From contig NZ_JMCB01000003.1 in NCBI RefSeq assembly GCF_000737315.1, positions 144,001 through 268,000 on the forward strand: a DNA stretch of 124,000 bases, written 5' to 3'. The DNA comes from Hyalangium minutum (lineage in GTDB: Bacteria > Myxococcota > Myxococcia > Myxococcales > Myxococcaceae). Positions 67,805-77,700 of this stretch are shown here, in pieces. The notes beneath the pieces are model-generated. The model saw only the letters and a program-made list of their open reading frames with translations. It had not been told where the DNA came from and did not search any database. The first letter of the stretch is position 1. Each line of letters opens with the position of its first letter. Made by a program: the position numbers and the translations under genes.

Positions 67805-69171
67805 GAGCCCTGCTGCTCCTGACGGCGTTGACGCTGGGGGCCTCCGCGAGCGCTCAGCCCAAGGAGGAGCCTGTTCCGGAAGGGGTGTTCGGGCTCGCCG
67901 AGATCCGGGTCTTCGTCAGCAGCCCTCTGTGGTTCGCGTGGAAGCTCCCATCGTCGAAGTTTCTCCTCGGCTACGCCCGAGGCCCCGAGGGAAGAGGCCC
68001 CGAGGCGGGGCAGTTCGTCGTGCTCGATGGCAAGGGAAGGCTCGACGCGAAGCAGACCCAAGCCGTCCAGGAGGCGCTCCAGCAGGCGGATGCCTCGGGG
68101 CGCTGCATGGAGGTGAGCGAGCGGAAGATGCCCCTGTTGATGCCTCTGGGCACCCAGGGCGTCGTGCTCCAGTCGAGCTCCGATCCCCAGGGCTCGTGCC
68201 TGTTCACCTGGAACGCCCGCCGTTCAGCCATCGAGGTCCGGGCCGCTGACAGCGTGACGGCCCTCTGCGGGCCTTCGGGCTGTCCTCCCAAGGCATGTTG
68301 GCTCACCGAGGACTGCTGGCTGCCCGAGGCTCCGGACCTGGACACGGCGCGAAAGGGCTTCCATCCCACTTTGCTGGCGCAGTCCCTCATGGAGGACGTT
68401 CCGGCACCGGGGCGCGCTGTGTTGGCGGCGACCCTGCCGGGCGCGGGGAGGGTCCTCGTATGGGTGCCCTCCTGGCGCAGGGCGGACGCGGCGGATTCCG
68501 AGAAGGGCATGGACTCCCGCCTCTACGTCTTCGACCCCCAGAAGAAGGCCATCGATACGGCCATGACGCGGAAGCTCGTGGCGGCGCTCGGGACCGCGCT
68601 GGACGAGTGCCAGGGGCTCGGCACGGTGGCGGAGCTGCAGCAGAGCGGGAAGGGCGTGGAGATTCGCCAGTTCTATGCACCCGGGACGACGCACCTGAAC
68701 TGCTCCAGCACGGTGAGCTGGAAGGGCGGGAAGTTCAGCGTGGAGGCACACCCCTCGGGAGACAGCAGCCTGAGCTCGCTGGCGCGGGAGCAGGAACCAG
68801 GGGCCAGCGACGACCAGGCGCTCGGGCTGTGGAAGTCCGGCAAGCGCGATCTGGCGCTCGCCATGTGGGAGCAGCTCTACGCGCGGGCGGACTACCAGAG
68901 CCCCGGTTTCGCCGACGTCTGCAACAACCTCGGGTTCGCGTACTGGACGCTGACGGAGTTCAAGAAGGCCGAGGAGGTATTGCTCGACTGCGAGAAGTCC
69001 TTCCCGGCCCGCGCGACGATCCAGCTCAACCTGGGGGACGTCTACCGCGACACCGGTCGCGCCAAGGAGGCGATGGAGCGCTACCAGCACTTCCTCGAGA
69101 TGGAAGGGGGAACGCCCCAGCAGCGCAAGGCCGCCGAGAAGAGCCTCGAGCGGCTCAAGGGGCGTCCCTGA
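67801..69171 (+). CDS. Secreted protein with C-terminal TPRs
   Basis: Signal peptide; NNLGFAY, LNLGDVY TPR motifs. Confidence 0.75.
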   Translation: MRALLLLTALTLGASASAQPKEEPVPEGVFGLAEIRVFVSSPLWFAWKLPSSKFLLGYARGPEGRGPEAGQFVVLDGKGRLDAKQTQAVQEALQQADASGRCMEVSERKMPLLMPLGTQGVVLQSSSDPQGSCLFTWNARRSAIEVRAADSVTALCGPSGCPPKACWLTEDCWLPEAPDLDTARKGFHPTLLAQSLMEDVPAPGRAVLAATLPGAGRVLVWVPSWRRADAADSEKGMDSRLYVFDPQKKAIDTAMTRKLVAALGTALDECQGLGTVAELQQSGKGVEIRQFYAPGTTHLNCSSTVSWKGGKFSVEAHPSGDSSLSSLAREQEPGASDDQALGLWKSGKRDLALAMWEQLYARADYQSPGFADVCNNLGFAYWTLTEFKKAEEVLLDCEKSFPARATIQLNLGDVYRDTGRAKEAMERYQHFLEMEGGTPQQRKAAEKSLERLKGRP

Positions 69172-69192
69172 GCCGCGCTTGTACCCGCCGGG

Positions 69193-69816
69193 TCAGCCCT
69201 TCGGGTTTCCCCCCGAGCTCGGCGGTCCGGCATAGCCGCCCTCCGCCAAGCGCTCGCCGCTTATCTGGTAGAGCTCGGCCGTGTGGTGCCCCACGCCGGT
69301 GGCGTCGATCCACCGGTTGTAGAAGTTGAACAGGGCGCAGACGTTGATGGCGTCGTAGATGGCCTCGTCGGACCAGCCGGTGGCCTTCACCGCGTCCATG
69401 TCCTCCTGGCGGATCTTCCCGGGCGAGAGGTTCACCTTCTCCAGGAAGGTGAACAACGCCCGTTCGGCCTCCGAGATCGGAGCCGTGCGGTGATCGTCGA
69501 GGACCGCCTCGACCTTCTTCTCGTCTCCCAGCAGCTTCGCCGCGACCGCGGCGTGAGAGTTCGTTCAAAACAAACAGAAGTTGCCGCGCGAGGTGAAGGC
69601 GGCAATCAGCTCGCGCATGCCCGCGGACAGGGGCGAGGGCCCTCGCATGACCTCCTGGGTGAACTCAGACAGCGCATTCGTGACCTTGGGCTTGAATGCG
69701 AACAGGTGCCAGATGCGAGGGAAGGGCCTGCCCGCTTCGCGGGCCCGGCGGATCAGCTCCCCGTAGTGCCCGGTGCCTTCATAGGCTTCGATGCCCTTCA
69801 GAAACATCGGATCCAT
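69193..69816 (-). CDS. AhpD/carboxymuconolactone decarboxylase-like peroxidase, probable selenoprotein (UGA at 69565-69567)
   Basis: ORFs 69565..69816 and 69193..69456 are one frame: RELIAAFTSRGNFCLF-UGA-TNSHAAVA...FNFYNRW; CxxU replaces AhpD CxxC. Confidence 0.8.
69538..69553 (-). promoter_or_regulatory. Putative bacterial SECIS hairpin
   Basis: +12..+27 after UGA: CGCCGC-GGUC-GCGGCG; GGUC apical loop and spacing resemble E. coli fdhF SECIS. Confidence 0.65.
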
Positions 69817-69831
69817 AGAACCTCTTCTCGC

Positions 69832-70758
69832 TCAAGGTGACGTCGCTGGCGCGGGTTGGATCTCCGCCAGCACTTTCTCGTCGATGTGGATCTGCGCACG
69901 CTCGCGCAGTTGGTGGACCAGCGTCTCCAGGGCCTGCGTGCGCCGCTCGGACAGCAGCCGGGTGGCGATGCGATCCTTCACCGACTCCAGCGGGTTGTTC
70001 AAGCCCGCCTGACGCAGCGTCAGCTTGAGGAGGTGGAAGCCTCTCTCCGTCTCCACCAGCGGCCCCACTTCCTGCGGCGACTGGAGCGTGAAGGCCGCCT
70101 GCGCCAGTGCCGTTCCCCACGCTTGCGACAGCTCCTCCGCTGTCCTCGGGCCCAGATCTCCACCCTGCGCCTTGCTGGCCGCATCATCCGAGCGCTCTCG
70201 TGCCAGCGCCTCGAAGCCGTCCTGGCCCGGAGCTCCGGTGGGCGCGCGCACCTTCGCCAGCAGCGCCAGCGCCTCCGCCTTCACTTGCGGCCGCCGGGCG
70301 TCTCCCGCCGCCGCCGCCAGGAAGATGTGGCTCATCCGCACCTGCTCCGGCCGGACGAACTCAGCCCGGTGCTCCTCGTAGTACTGGCGCACCTCCGCCT
70401 CGGACGGAGGCTTCATCTCCTCCGTCACCTGCTTGACCAGCCGTTGGACGATCAGCTTGCGCAGTGCCTGCTGGACCTCGGCGTCCTTGTCCAGGCCTCG
70501 GCGCTCCGCCTCCTGCGCCAGCACCTCGAACTGGATCATCCCGTCCAGGAACTCCTGCTTCCGCTCCACCGTGGTGTAGCGGCCTCGGATGAAGGGCGCC
70601 TGCTCGTCCAGCCGCTGCTTGTACTCCTCCGCCGTGATCGCCGAGGTCCCCACCGTGGCCACCACGGGCTCCGCGGGACGATCCTTCTCCTGCCCACGGC
70701 ACCCCAGGCCCCCCACCAGGCCCAGCACGCAGCAGGCCAGGAACACGCGCTCCGTCAT
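69832..70758 (-). CDS. Parvulin-type peptidyl-prolyl isomerase lipoprotein (PpiC-1)
   Basis: GGLGC lipobox; VRMSHIF, SDD..SK.QGGDLG, GFHLLK. Confidence 0.9.
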   Translation of the reverse strand: MTERVFLACCVLGLVGGLGCRGQEKDRPAEPVVATVGTSAITAEEYKQRLDEQAPFIRGRYTTVERKQEFLDGMIQFEVLAQEAERRGLDKDAEVQQALRKLIVQRLVKQVTEEMKPPSEAEVRQYYEEHRAEFVRPEQVRMSHIFLAAAAGDARRPQVKAEALALLAKVRAPTGAPGQDGFEALARERSDDAASKAQGGDLGPRTAEELSQAWGTALAQAAFTLQSPQEVGPLVETERGFHLLKLTLRQAGLNNPLESVKDRIATRLLSERRTQALETLVHQLRERAQIHIDEKVLAEIQPAPATSP

Positions 70759-70875
70759 GTCGCTCCCATCGCTGATCTCGCGGACCGGATCCAGCGAGGC
70801 ATTTACCTGTAGCCAACATACAACGGGAAGTCCTAGGGTCTTCACTTCCGGTCATAGGAGGCGTGGAAGGAGCCT

Positions 70876-71787
70876 GTGGCTACGGGAGGTTGTGTGCGGC
70901 GCTGTCTCGGGTGCCTGATCGTCATCGTGGCGGCCTGTACCTCCGAGGCTCCCAGCACGGCTGGGGCCGACGCGGGCCGTCCCGTGGGCACCGTCGTGGG
71001 CCGCTTCGCAGGAGCCGAGGTCCTCACGGCCGAGGAGGTCTCGCGCGAGGCGGCGCGGCTGCCCCCCGCGCTCCGGGAGCAGTTCGAGACTCCCGCCGGC
71101 CGCCGTGAGTTCGCCCGCTCGCTGATCGACAAGCGCCTCCTGGTGCGCGAGGCCCAGCGCCGGAAGCTGACCGAGGATCCCGAGCTCCGCCGTCAGGTGC
71201 GCGAGTTGGAGGAGCGGCTGGCGGTGCAGGCGCTGCTGGCCCAGGAAGAGGCCGCCGCCGGGAAGCCCTCGGAGCAGGAGCTCCGAGCCTGGTTCGACTC
71301 GCACCGCGCGGAGCTGGCCCGGCCGGAGCAGGTGAGGGTGGGCCGTATCCTCGTGAACGTGGGCGCGAAGGCCTCCGAAGCGGAGCGCACCCGGGCCCGG
71401 CAAAAGGTGGAGGCGGCGGCAGCGCGGCTGCGGCGCGGCGAGTCCCTGGCGAAGGTGGCCCCGGAGGGTGAAGGCCCCGAGCGGATGAAGGGCGGAGAGC
71501 TCGGGCTGGTGGTCCGTGGAGGCGGGCTCGAGCCTTCCCTGGAGCAGGCCGCTTTCGCCCTGGAGCGCCCAGGCGCTGTGTCCGCGGTGGTGGCCCTGCG
71601 CGAGGGCTTCGCGGTGCTCACGCTCCTGGAGCGTAAGCCGCCGCGCGTGCCCACCTTCGAGGAGGTCCGCGCCGAGGTGGAAGGCCGCTTCGCTCCCGCG
71701 CACAAGCGGCAGATGTTCGATGCGCTTCTGGAGCGGCTGCGCCAGGAGGCCGGTGTCGAGCTCGTGGAATCCCGGGAGGCCCCATGA
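70876..71787 (+). CDS. Parvulin-like lipoprotein (PpiC-2), degenerate active site
   Basis: IVAAC lipobox; VRVGRIL and GFAVL where His residues are expected; GGELG. Confidence 0.85.
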   Translation: MATGGCVRRCLGCLIVIVAACTSEAPSTAGADAGRPVGTVVGRFAGAEVLTAEEVSREAARLPPALREQFETPAGRREFARSLIDKRLLVREAQRRKLTEDPELRRQVRELEERLAVQALLAQEEAAAGKPSEQELRAWFDSHRAELARPEQVRVGRILVNVGAKASEAERTRARQKVEAAAARLRRGESLAKVAPEGEGPERMKGGELGLVVRGGGLEPSLEQAAFALERPGAVSAVVALREGFAVLTLLERKPPRVPTFEEVRAEVEGRFAPAHKRQMFDALLERLRQEAGVELVESREAP

Positions 71788-74700
71788 GCTTACCGGGTGG
71801 ACGCATGCTGCGTGCCGCCGCGCTGCTCGCGCTGGTGCTGCCGCTCACGGCGTGGTCCGCCACGGTGACCGCGGCCTTTCCCCTCGTTCCCCTGAGGCCG
71901 GGCGCTACGACCGCGGAGGTGGGGGTCGAAGTCCAGGGGCCCGCGGAGCAGGTGCTGATCTCGGTCACGGGCCAGTCCGCGTCCCGGGGATCCTTCGCCT
72001 CGCTGGCCAACGTGGTGGTGGATCGGGATCAGGCCGGGGCCGTGTCCTTCCATACGCTCGTGACGTTCTCCCAGCCGTTCCCGGAGGATGGCGTGCTGGA
72101 GGTGGTCGCCCGGCCTGTGGGAGACGGAGAGGACACCTCTCTCACCACGCGCTTCGATGCCGCGGCCCCGCCGCCTCGCTTTGGCCCAACGCCCCTCCGT
72201 GTGCGGGCCGATCTCGACAACCAGACGATCATCCTGGAGCTGGCCTACGCGGGGAACGCGGTGGCTGCCGAGGCCTCCGTGGTGGGCGCCTCCGCCGAGG
72301 AGCTTCGCCGCGTCCAGGGCAGCCTCGAGGACGTCGAGCCCGTCTCCTTTGTCCAGGCCCGCCGCCTCCTGGCCCGGCCCTCCACCGCTACGCCGGGCCG
72401 CATCGTCTTTGCTGTTCCCCTGGGCACCGCGCCGATCCCTCATGACGGCGTGGTGATCGCGGATGTGGCGCTGAGGGATGCCTTCGGCCGCACGGTGCAC
72501 ACCTCGGCCGTCGAGTTCACCCAGGCCACCGCGTTCGATCCCGTGGTGGGTGTGTCCGTGGAGCCCTCGCCGCTGCTGCTCTCCGAGGGCTTCGGCCAGC
72601 GCGTGCCCCTGCAGGTAGCGGGCAGCTTCGCCATCGCGGGTGAGGTGGATCTGTCCGGTGCGCACCGGGGCGTGCAGTACCGCTCGCTGGACGAGGGCGT
72701 GGCCTCCGTCACCGAGGATGGTCAGGTGGTCGCTCGCGCCAATGGCGAGACGGACATCGAGATCTCCTACGCGGGCTACACCGCCACCGCGCATGTGGTG
72801 GTGGACTCCTCGGCGGTGGTGGAGCGGCTGGAGGTGATGCCGGAGGCTCCCGTCATTCCGCGCGTGGGAGGCTCGATCCGGCTGGGCCTGGAGGGCGTGC
72901 TGAGCGACGGGCGCCGGGTGGATCTGTCCTCCCGCACGCTGGGCACCACCTGGAGCAGCCTGGATCCCAGCGTGCTCACCGTCCACTCGGATGGGCGCGC
73001 GGTGGGCCTGCGCCCGGGCACCGCACGCGTGGAGGCCCGCAACGCCGGCTACTCCGCCCTGCGCGTCGTGGAGGTGCAGGATGGGCCTCCCGAGATCAGC
73101 CTCTCCGCGCCATCTCAGGTGGTGGAGGGTGCCGACTTCGAGCTCAAGGCTCGCGCCCAGGACGATGTCGCGCTGGCCTTCGTGGAGTTCCTTGTCAACG
73201 GGGTGGTCACCACGCGGCTGACGGCCCCTCCCTTCACGATCAAGCTGCGCGCCCCTCCCGTCGCGGGCGGAGAGATGGTGATCGGGGCGGTGGCGGTGGA
73301 CTCGCATGGCTCGCGGACCCGGGCCACGGACGTCACCTTGAAGGTGCAGCCCGGGCAGGGCGCCAGCTCGAAGACGATCGTCTATGAGACGCCCCTGCCG
73401 GGTGCGCTGCTGCTGGAGGGACTGCCCCACACGGTGAGCCTCACCAGTGGGGACGCGCGCAGTGGCACGCTCTCTCCACAGGACTTCCAGCTCGTCCGCT
73501 ACTACGCGGATGGGGCGCTCCTCGGCACGGTTCGCACGCCGCGCGTCGAGATGCGCAACCTGGAGGAGGATCCCACCGAGCCGCCTGAGTACGTCGCCGT
73601 GCCGCTGTGGGAGCTGAGCTATGTGCCGCGCGCGGGCACCGCCGGCACGGTCGTGGCGCTGTACGCCGAGGCTGTGGATGCCCGGGGTGCCACGGCTCGC
73701 GGGGCCACCATCCTGGTTCGGATCGCGCGGGATGGGCCGCCGCTCGTCACCCTCCGGAGTCCCTCGGGGCCTCGGGTGCAAGCCACTGCGGGCCGCCCCG
73801 TGCAGCTCACGGGCCTTGTCGAGGACGACACCGTGACGCTCGGGGTGGAGCTCTCCCTGTTGGTGGATGGTGCCCAGGTGAGCAGCACGCGGCTGGTAGG
73901 CGAGGGGCTCGGGGGCACCCGCGCGGGCTCCGCGCCCTTCTCGATCTCCTGGACGCCTCCCGTCTCCAGCATCGGCCGGCTCGTGCGGCTGCAGTTCATG
74001 GCCCGGGATGTGGGGGACCACGAGAGCCGCGCCTCACTGGAGGCCTCTGTCGTCGCGGATGCGCCTCCTCAGATCTCCCTCCAGACGCCACCGCCCGGCA
74101 GCCAGGTGCTCGCGGGCACGACGCAGTTCCTCACGGCCTCGGTGGTGGATGACAGCGCGGGGCCTGTCGAGGTGACCTGGCGCGTGAACGGCGTTCCCGT
74201 GGGGGCGTCGCGCTCGCCTCCGTACCGCACCTCCTGGTCCGTCCCCACGTCGGCCGCCGGGAGCACGCTCCAGCTTCAGGCCACCGCGCGGGACTCCACG
74301 GGCAACGAGGCCCAGGCCAGCGGAGAGCTCTTCGTCGTCAGCGACACCACGCGCCCCAGCATCTCCCTCGTGGTGCCGCGCCCGCTGGCGGAGGTGCCGG
74401 AGACACAGGATCTGGTGGTGTCCGTGGCGGGACAGGACGATGCCACCGTCAAGAAGGTGGAGGTGCTGCTGGAAGGGGAGGTGCTGGCCACCGACGATGA
74501 CCCCGGGCCCAACGGAACCCAGCTGGGCTCCTTCCTCACGCACACCCTGGTGCGCTCCGCCCAGCTCATGGGCCGCCAGCAGATCCGGCTGGGAGCGCGC
74601 GCGTATGACGCCTCGGGGAACGTGGGCTCGGCGCCCGAGGTGCTCGTCAAGGTGCTGCCCGATGCGCCGCCCACCGTGCGCTTCGTGCTCCCCGCGGCCA

Positions 74701-77700
74701 ACACGCGGGCCACCATCGGCACGCCGCTGGAGTTGATCGCCGAGGCCGATGACGATGTGGCCGTCTCTTCCGTGGAGTTCTTCGCGGACGGGAACTCTTC
74801 GTGCCGCGCCACGCTCCCGCCCTACCGGTGCACGATCACCGTGACGGGACCCGCCCGGACGCTCCACCTGCGGGCCGTGGCCTCGGATGCTGGAGGGCGC
74901 AGCAGCTCCGCGGAGGTGGCCGTCCAGGTCAGCGAGGATCGTGAGCCGCCGCTGGTGGCCTTCCGCTCTCCGTCCGAGGGCAGCTTCACCTTCGCCGGGC
75001 GGAACCTGTCCGTGGAGGTGGCGGCCAGTGACGACGTGGGCGTGCGCGATGTCCGGTTGGAACTGGACGGGCAGACGGTGGGCACCCAGAGCGGCGGCGT
75101 GGTGGATGGGCTCTACCGCCTCTTCCGCTGGCAGGTGCCCATTCCCGCGGGGGCGGCCGGTCACACGCTGGCATTCAAGGCGGTGGCCACGGACACCTCG
75201 GGCCTCACGCGCGAGCGCTTGCTGGAGGTTCGCGCCCGCAGGGATGAGGCGCCCGCTGTCTCGCTCACCTCTCCGGCCCCCAACAGCTTCTATAAGGAGG
75301 GAGAGGACGTCCGGCTCGTGGTGACGGTGGCGGATGACGAGGGCGTCATCGGGCTCGTGGGCCTGTCCGGTGGCCGCAGGCAGGGGACGTTGGCCCAGTC
75401 CGGGCCGCTGCTGGATGTCTCCCGGCCTCAGGCGCTTACCGTCCGCGCGCCCTCCATCTTCCGGGGTGAGCCTCCCACCGTGGGCGCCGAGGCGCGCGAC
75501 ACGGCCGGTCAGTCCGGTGTGGCCACGGTGATGCTGAACGTGGCGAGGGACCTCGAGCCGCCCTCGGCGCTGATGATCTCACCGCTGCCTCCCGCCACCG
75601 GCCACCTCCGGGTGAACGAAGGCGGCGCCTTCTCGCTGCGCGTGGAGGTGGAGGACGACGTGCGCGTGGTGCGCGTCGCGGCGGTGGTGGATGGGCAAGA
75701 GCTGCCCGTCGTGAATGGACGTGAGCCGCTGGGTCCTCAGAACGAGCGCTTCGAGGAGGTGCGTGTCCAGGATCCGGTGATGCCGGGGCAGATCATCGTC
75801 AGCCGCCGCTACCTGGGCACCTTCGCGGGGACGGCGAGCCTGGCGCAGTACTCGGTGGGGCTCCACACGCTGGCGGCCCGGGCCTATGACGCGGGCGGGA
75901 ATGCCACCACCACCCCGGCACTGTCCTTCGAGATCCTCGAGGTGCAGGATCTGGCACCGCCTCGGGTGACCCTGACGCTGGAGGGAGGCCCGGATGAGCG
76001 CACGTGCGTGGCCGGAGCGCCCATGAAGCTGCGGGTCTCCGCCACGGATGACGTGTCGATCCGGGAGGCTTCGGTCACCTTCGAGGGCCAGCCCGTGACG
76101 ATCCGAAACCCTCCGGAGCGCTCGCCTCGGAACTGGCAGGAGGAGATCCCCTTTCAGTTCCCGCCGCTCGGGACGGGCGGCCGCCGGACCGTCACCTTCC
76201 TGGCCCGCGTCACGGATGGAGCCCAGCACACTGGCGTGGTGAGTCGCACTTGCGAGCTGACGCCAGATGGGCCTCCGCAGATCCTGGTGGTGAGCCCCAC
76301 GGCGCGCGCGGCTCTCACGGAGGAAGGCACCGAGCCCGTCCAGGTGGACGTGAGCGATGACGTGGGCGTCCGGCGAGGGCTGAGGGTGCTGTCCACCTCG
76401 GCGGTGGCCGTGCCGGGCATCGGCAGCTTCGAGGTGACGGCGACCGCGGCGCATGAGGGACTGGGCGTCCCGAGCGCCACGCTGATCCCGGGCGATGGGC
76501 CTGGCTTCTCCGTCGAGGCCCTGGAGGGGCGGCTGCTGATCTCTCCGCCAGGGGAGGGGCAGGGGACGGGCACTACCGCACCGGGCCGTCTGCGGCTGAA
76601 CGTGGAGCCTTCTCCCGCGGGGCACGGTGCCTTGGCCCAGGTGCGCTTCCGCTACGTCGTGAAGCCAGGGCACGAGGGCAGCACTGCGCTCCAGTCGTTC
76701 CGCTCCGCATTCCCCGACGGCGTGGGCAGCGTCACGCTCTCCGCGCCTGCCTTCTCCGCGGATCTGTCGTTCCCCTCCCAAGACATCGAGATGGAGGAGG
76801 TGGACATCCAGTTGTCCAAGGCGTCCGCGAACGCCGAGGAACTGGCGGTGACCCGGCTGGGCCTGCGCGGGTGGGGCACGCCGCAGCTCCAGCTCCGTGC
76901 TGAGGCTGCCGGCGAGCGCGTGGCGGTGCAGCGGTGGAACACGGGGGTGGCGCCCTCCCGGCCCGGACAGGTGAAGCGGATCGACGAAGCGGTGTGGCTG
77001 CCTCGGGGGCAGGCGCCGCGGGACTCCCAGCTAACCGTGCTGGCCGAGGATGTGGCCGGGCTCGTGGGCCGCGTGGCGATCCCGATCGTCGCGCGCACGG
77101 ACACGGACCCGCCCACGGCCTCCATCGTCTCCCCCGGCAACGGCGCGTCGGTGGTGGAGGACACTGTCTTCGAGGTCCAGGTGAGCGCCCAGGACAACGC
77201 GCGTCTGGATCAGCTGGAGCTGTGGGTGGATGGGCAGTCGCGCCAGGTGATGCGCGTGGGACCCGGGCCGTCCGGATCGCCTCAGGCGCACCGGTTCTCA
77301 CTCTCCCTGCCGCTGCCGGCCTCGGGGTACCCGGCCGCGCTGTCGGTGGTGGCGCGGGATGGGGCGGGCAATGCCACGGCGTCGGACACAGCCTATGTGC
77401 GTGTCATCCCCGATGTGGCGCCGTCGGTGACGTTCCAGTCGTTGACCTCCGCGGTGGAGTCGTTCACCCGCACCGAGCTGGACAGCGGCTACGTCGTGAT
77501 GCTGCAGGGCGTCCCCGCCACGCTGGGGATGCTGCTGGAGGATGACGCGGGCCTGGCCTCCATGCGCGTCCAGTTCGGCGATCAAGTGGTGAAGGAGGAG
77601 TCCTTCACGGGCGCGCCGCTGACGGCCGGGCGGCAGGTGACGTTCACTCCGCCCGTGGGCCGGGACGGCGCCCCCGTGGTGCTGCTCGTGTCGCTCACGG

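Noticed and set aside
69193-69816. Two separate small genes or a nonsense pseudogene
   Set aside because: Stop is UGA exactly at the second Cys of the redox motif with a SECIS-like hairpin; recoding is the better explanation, though unproven
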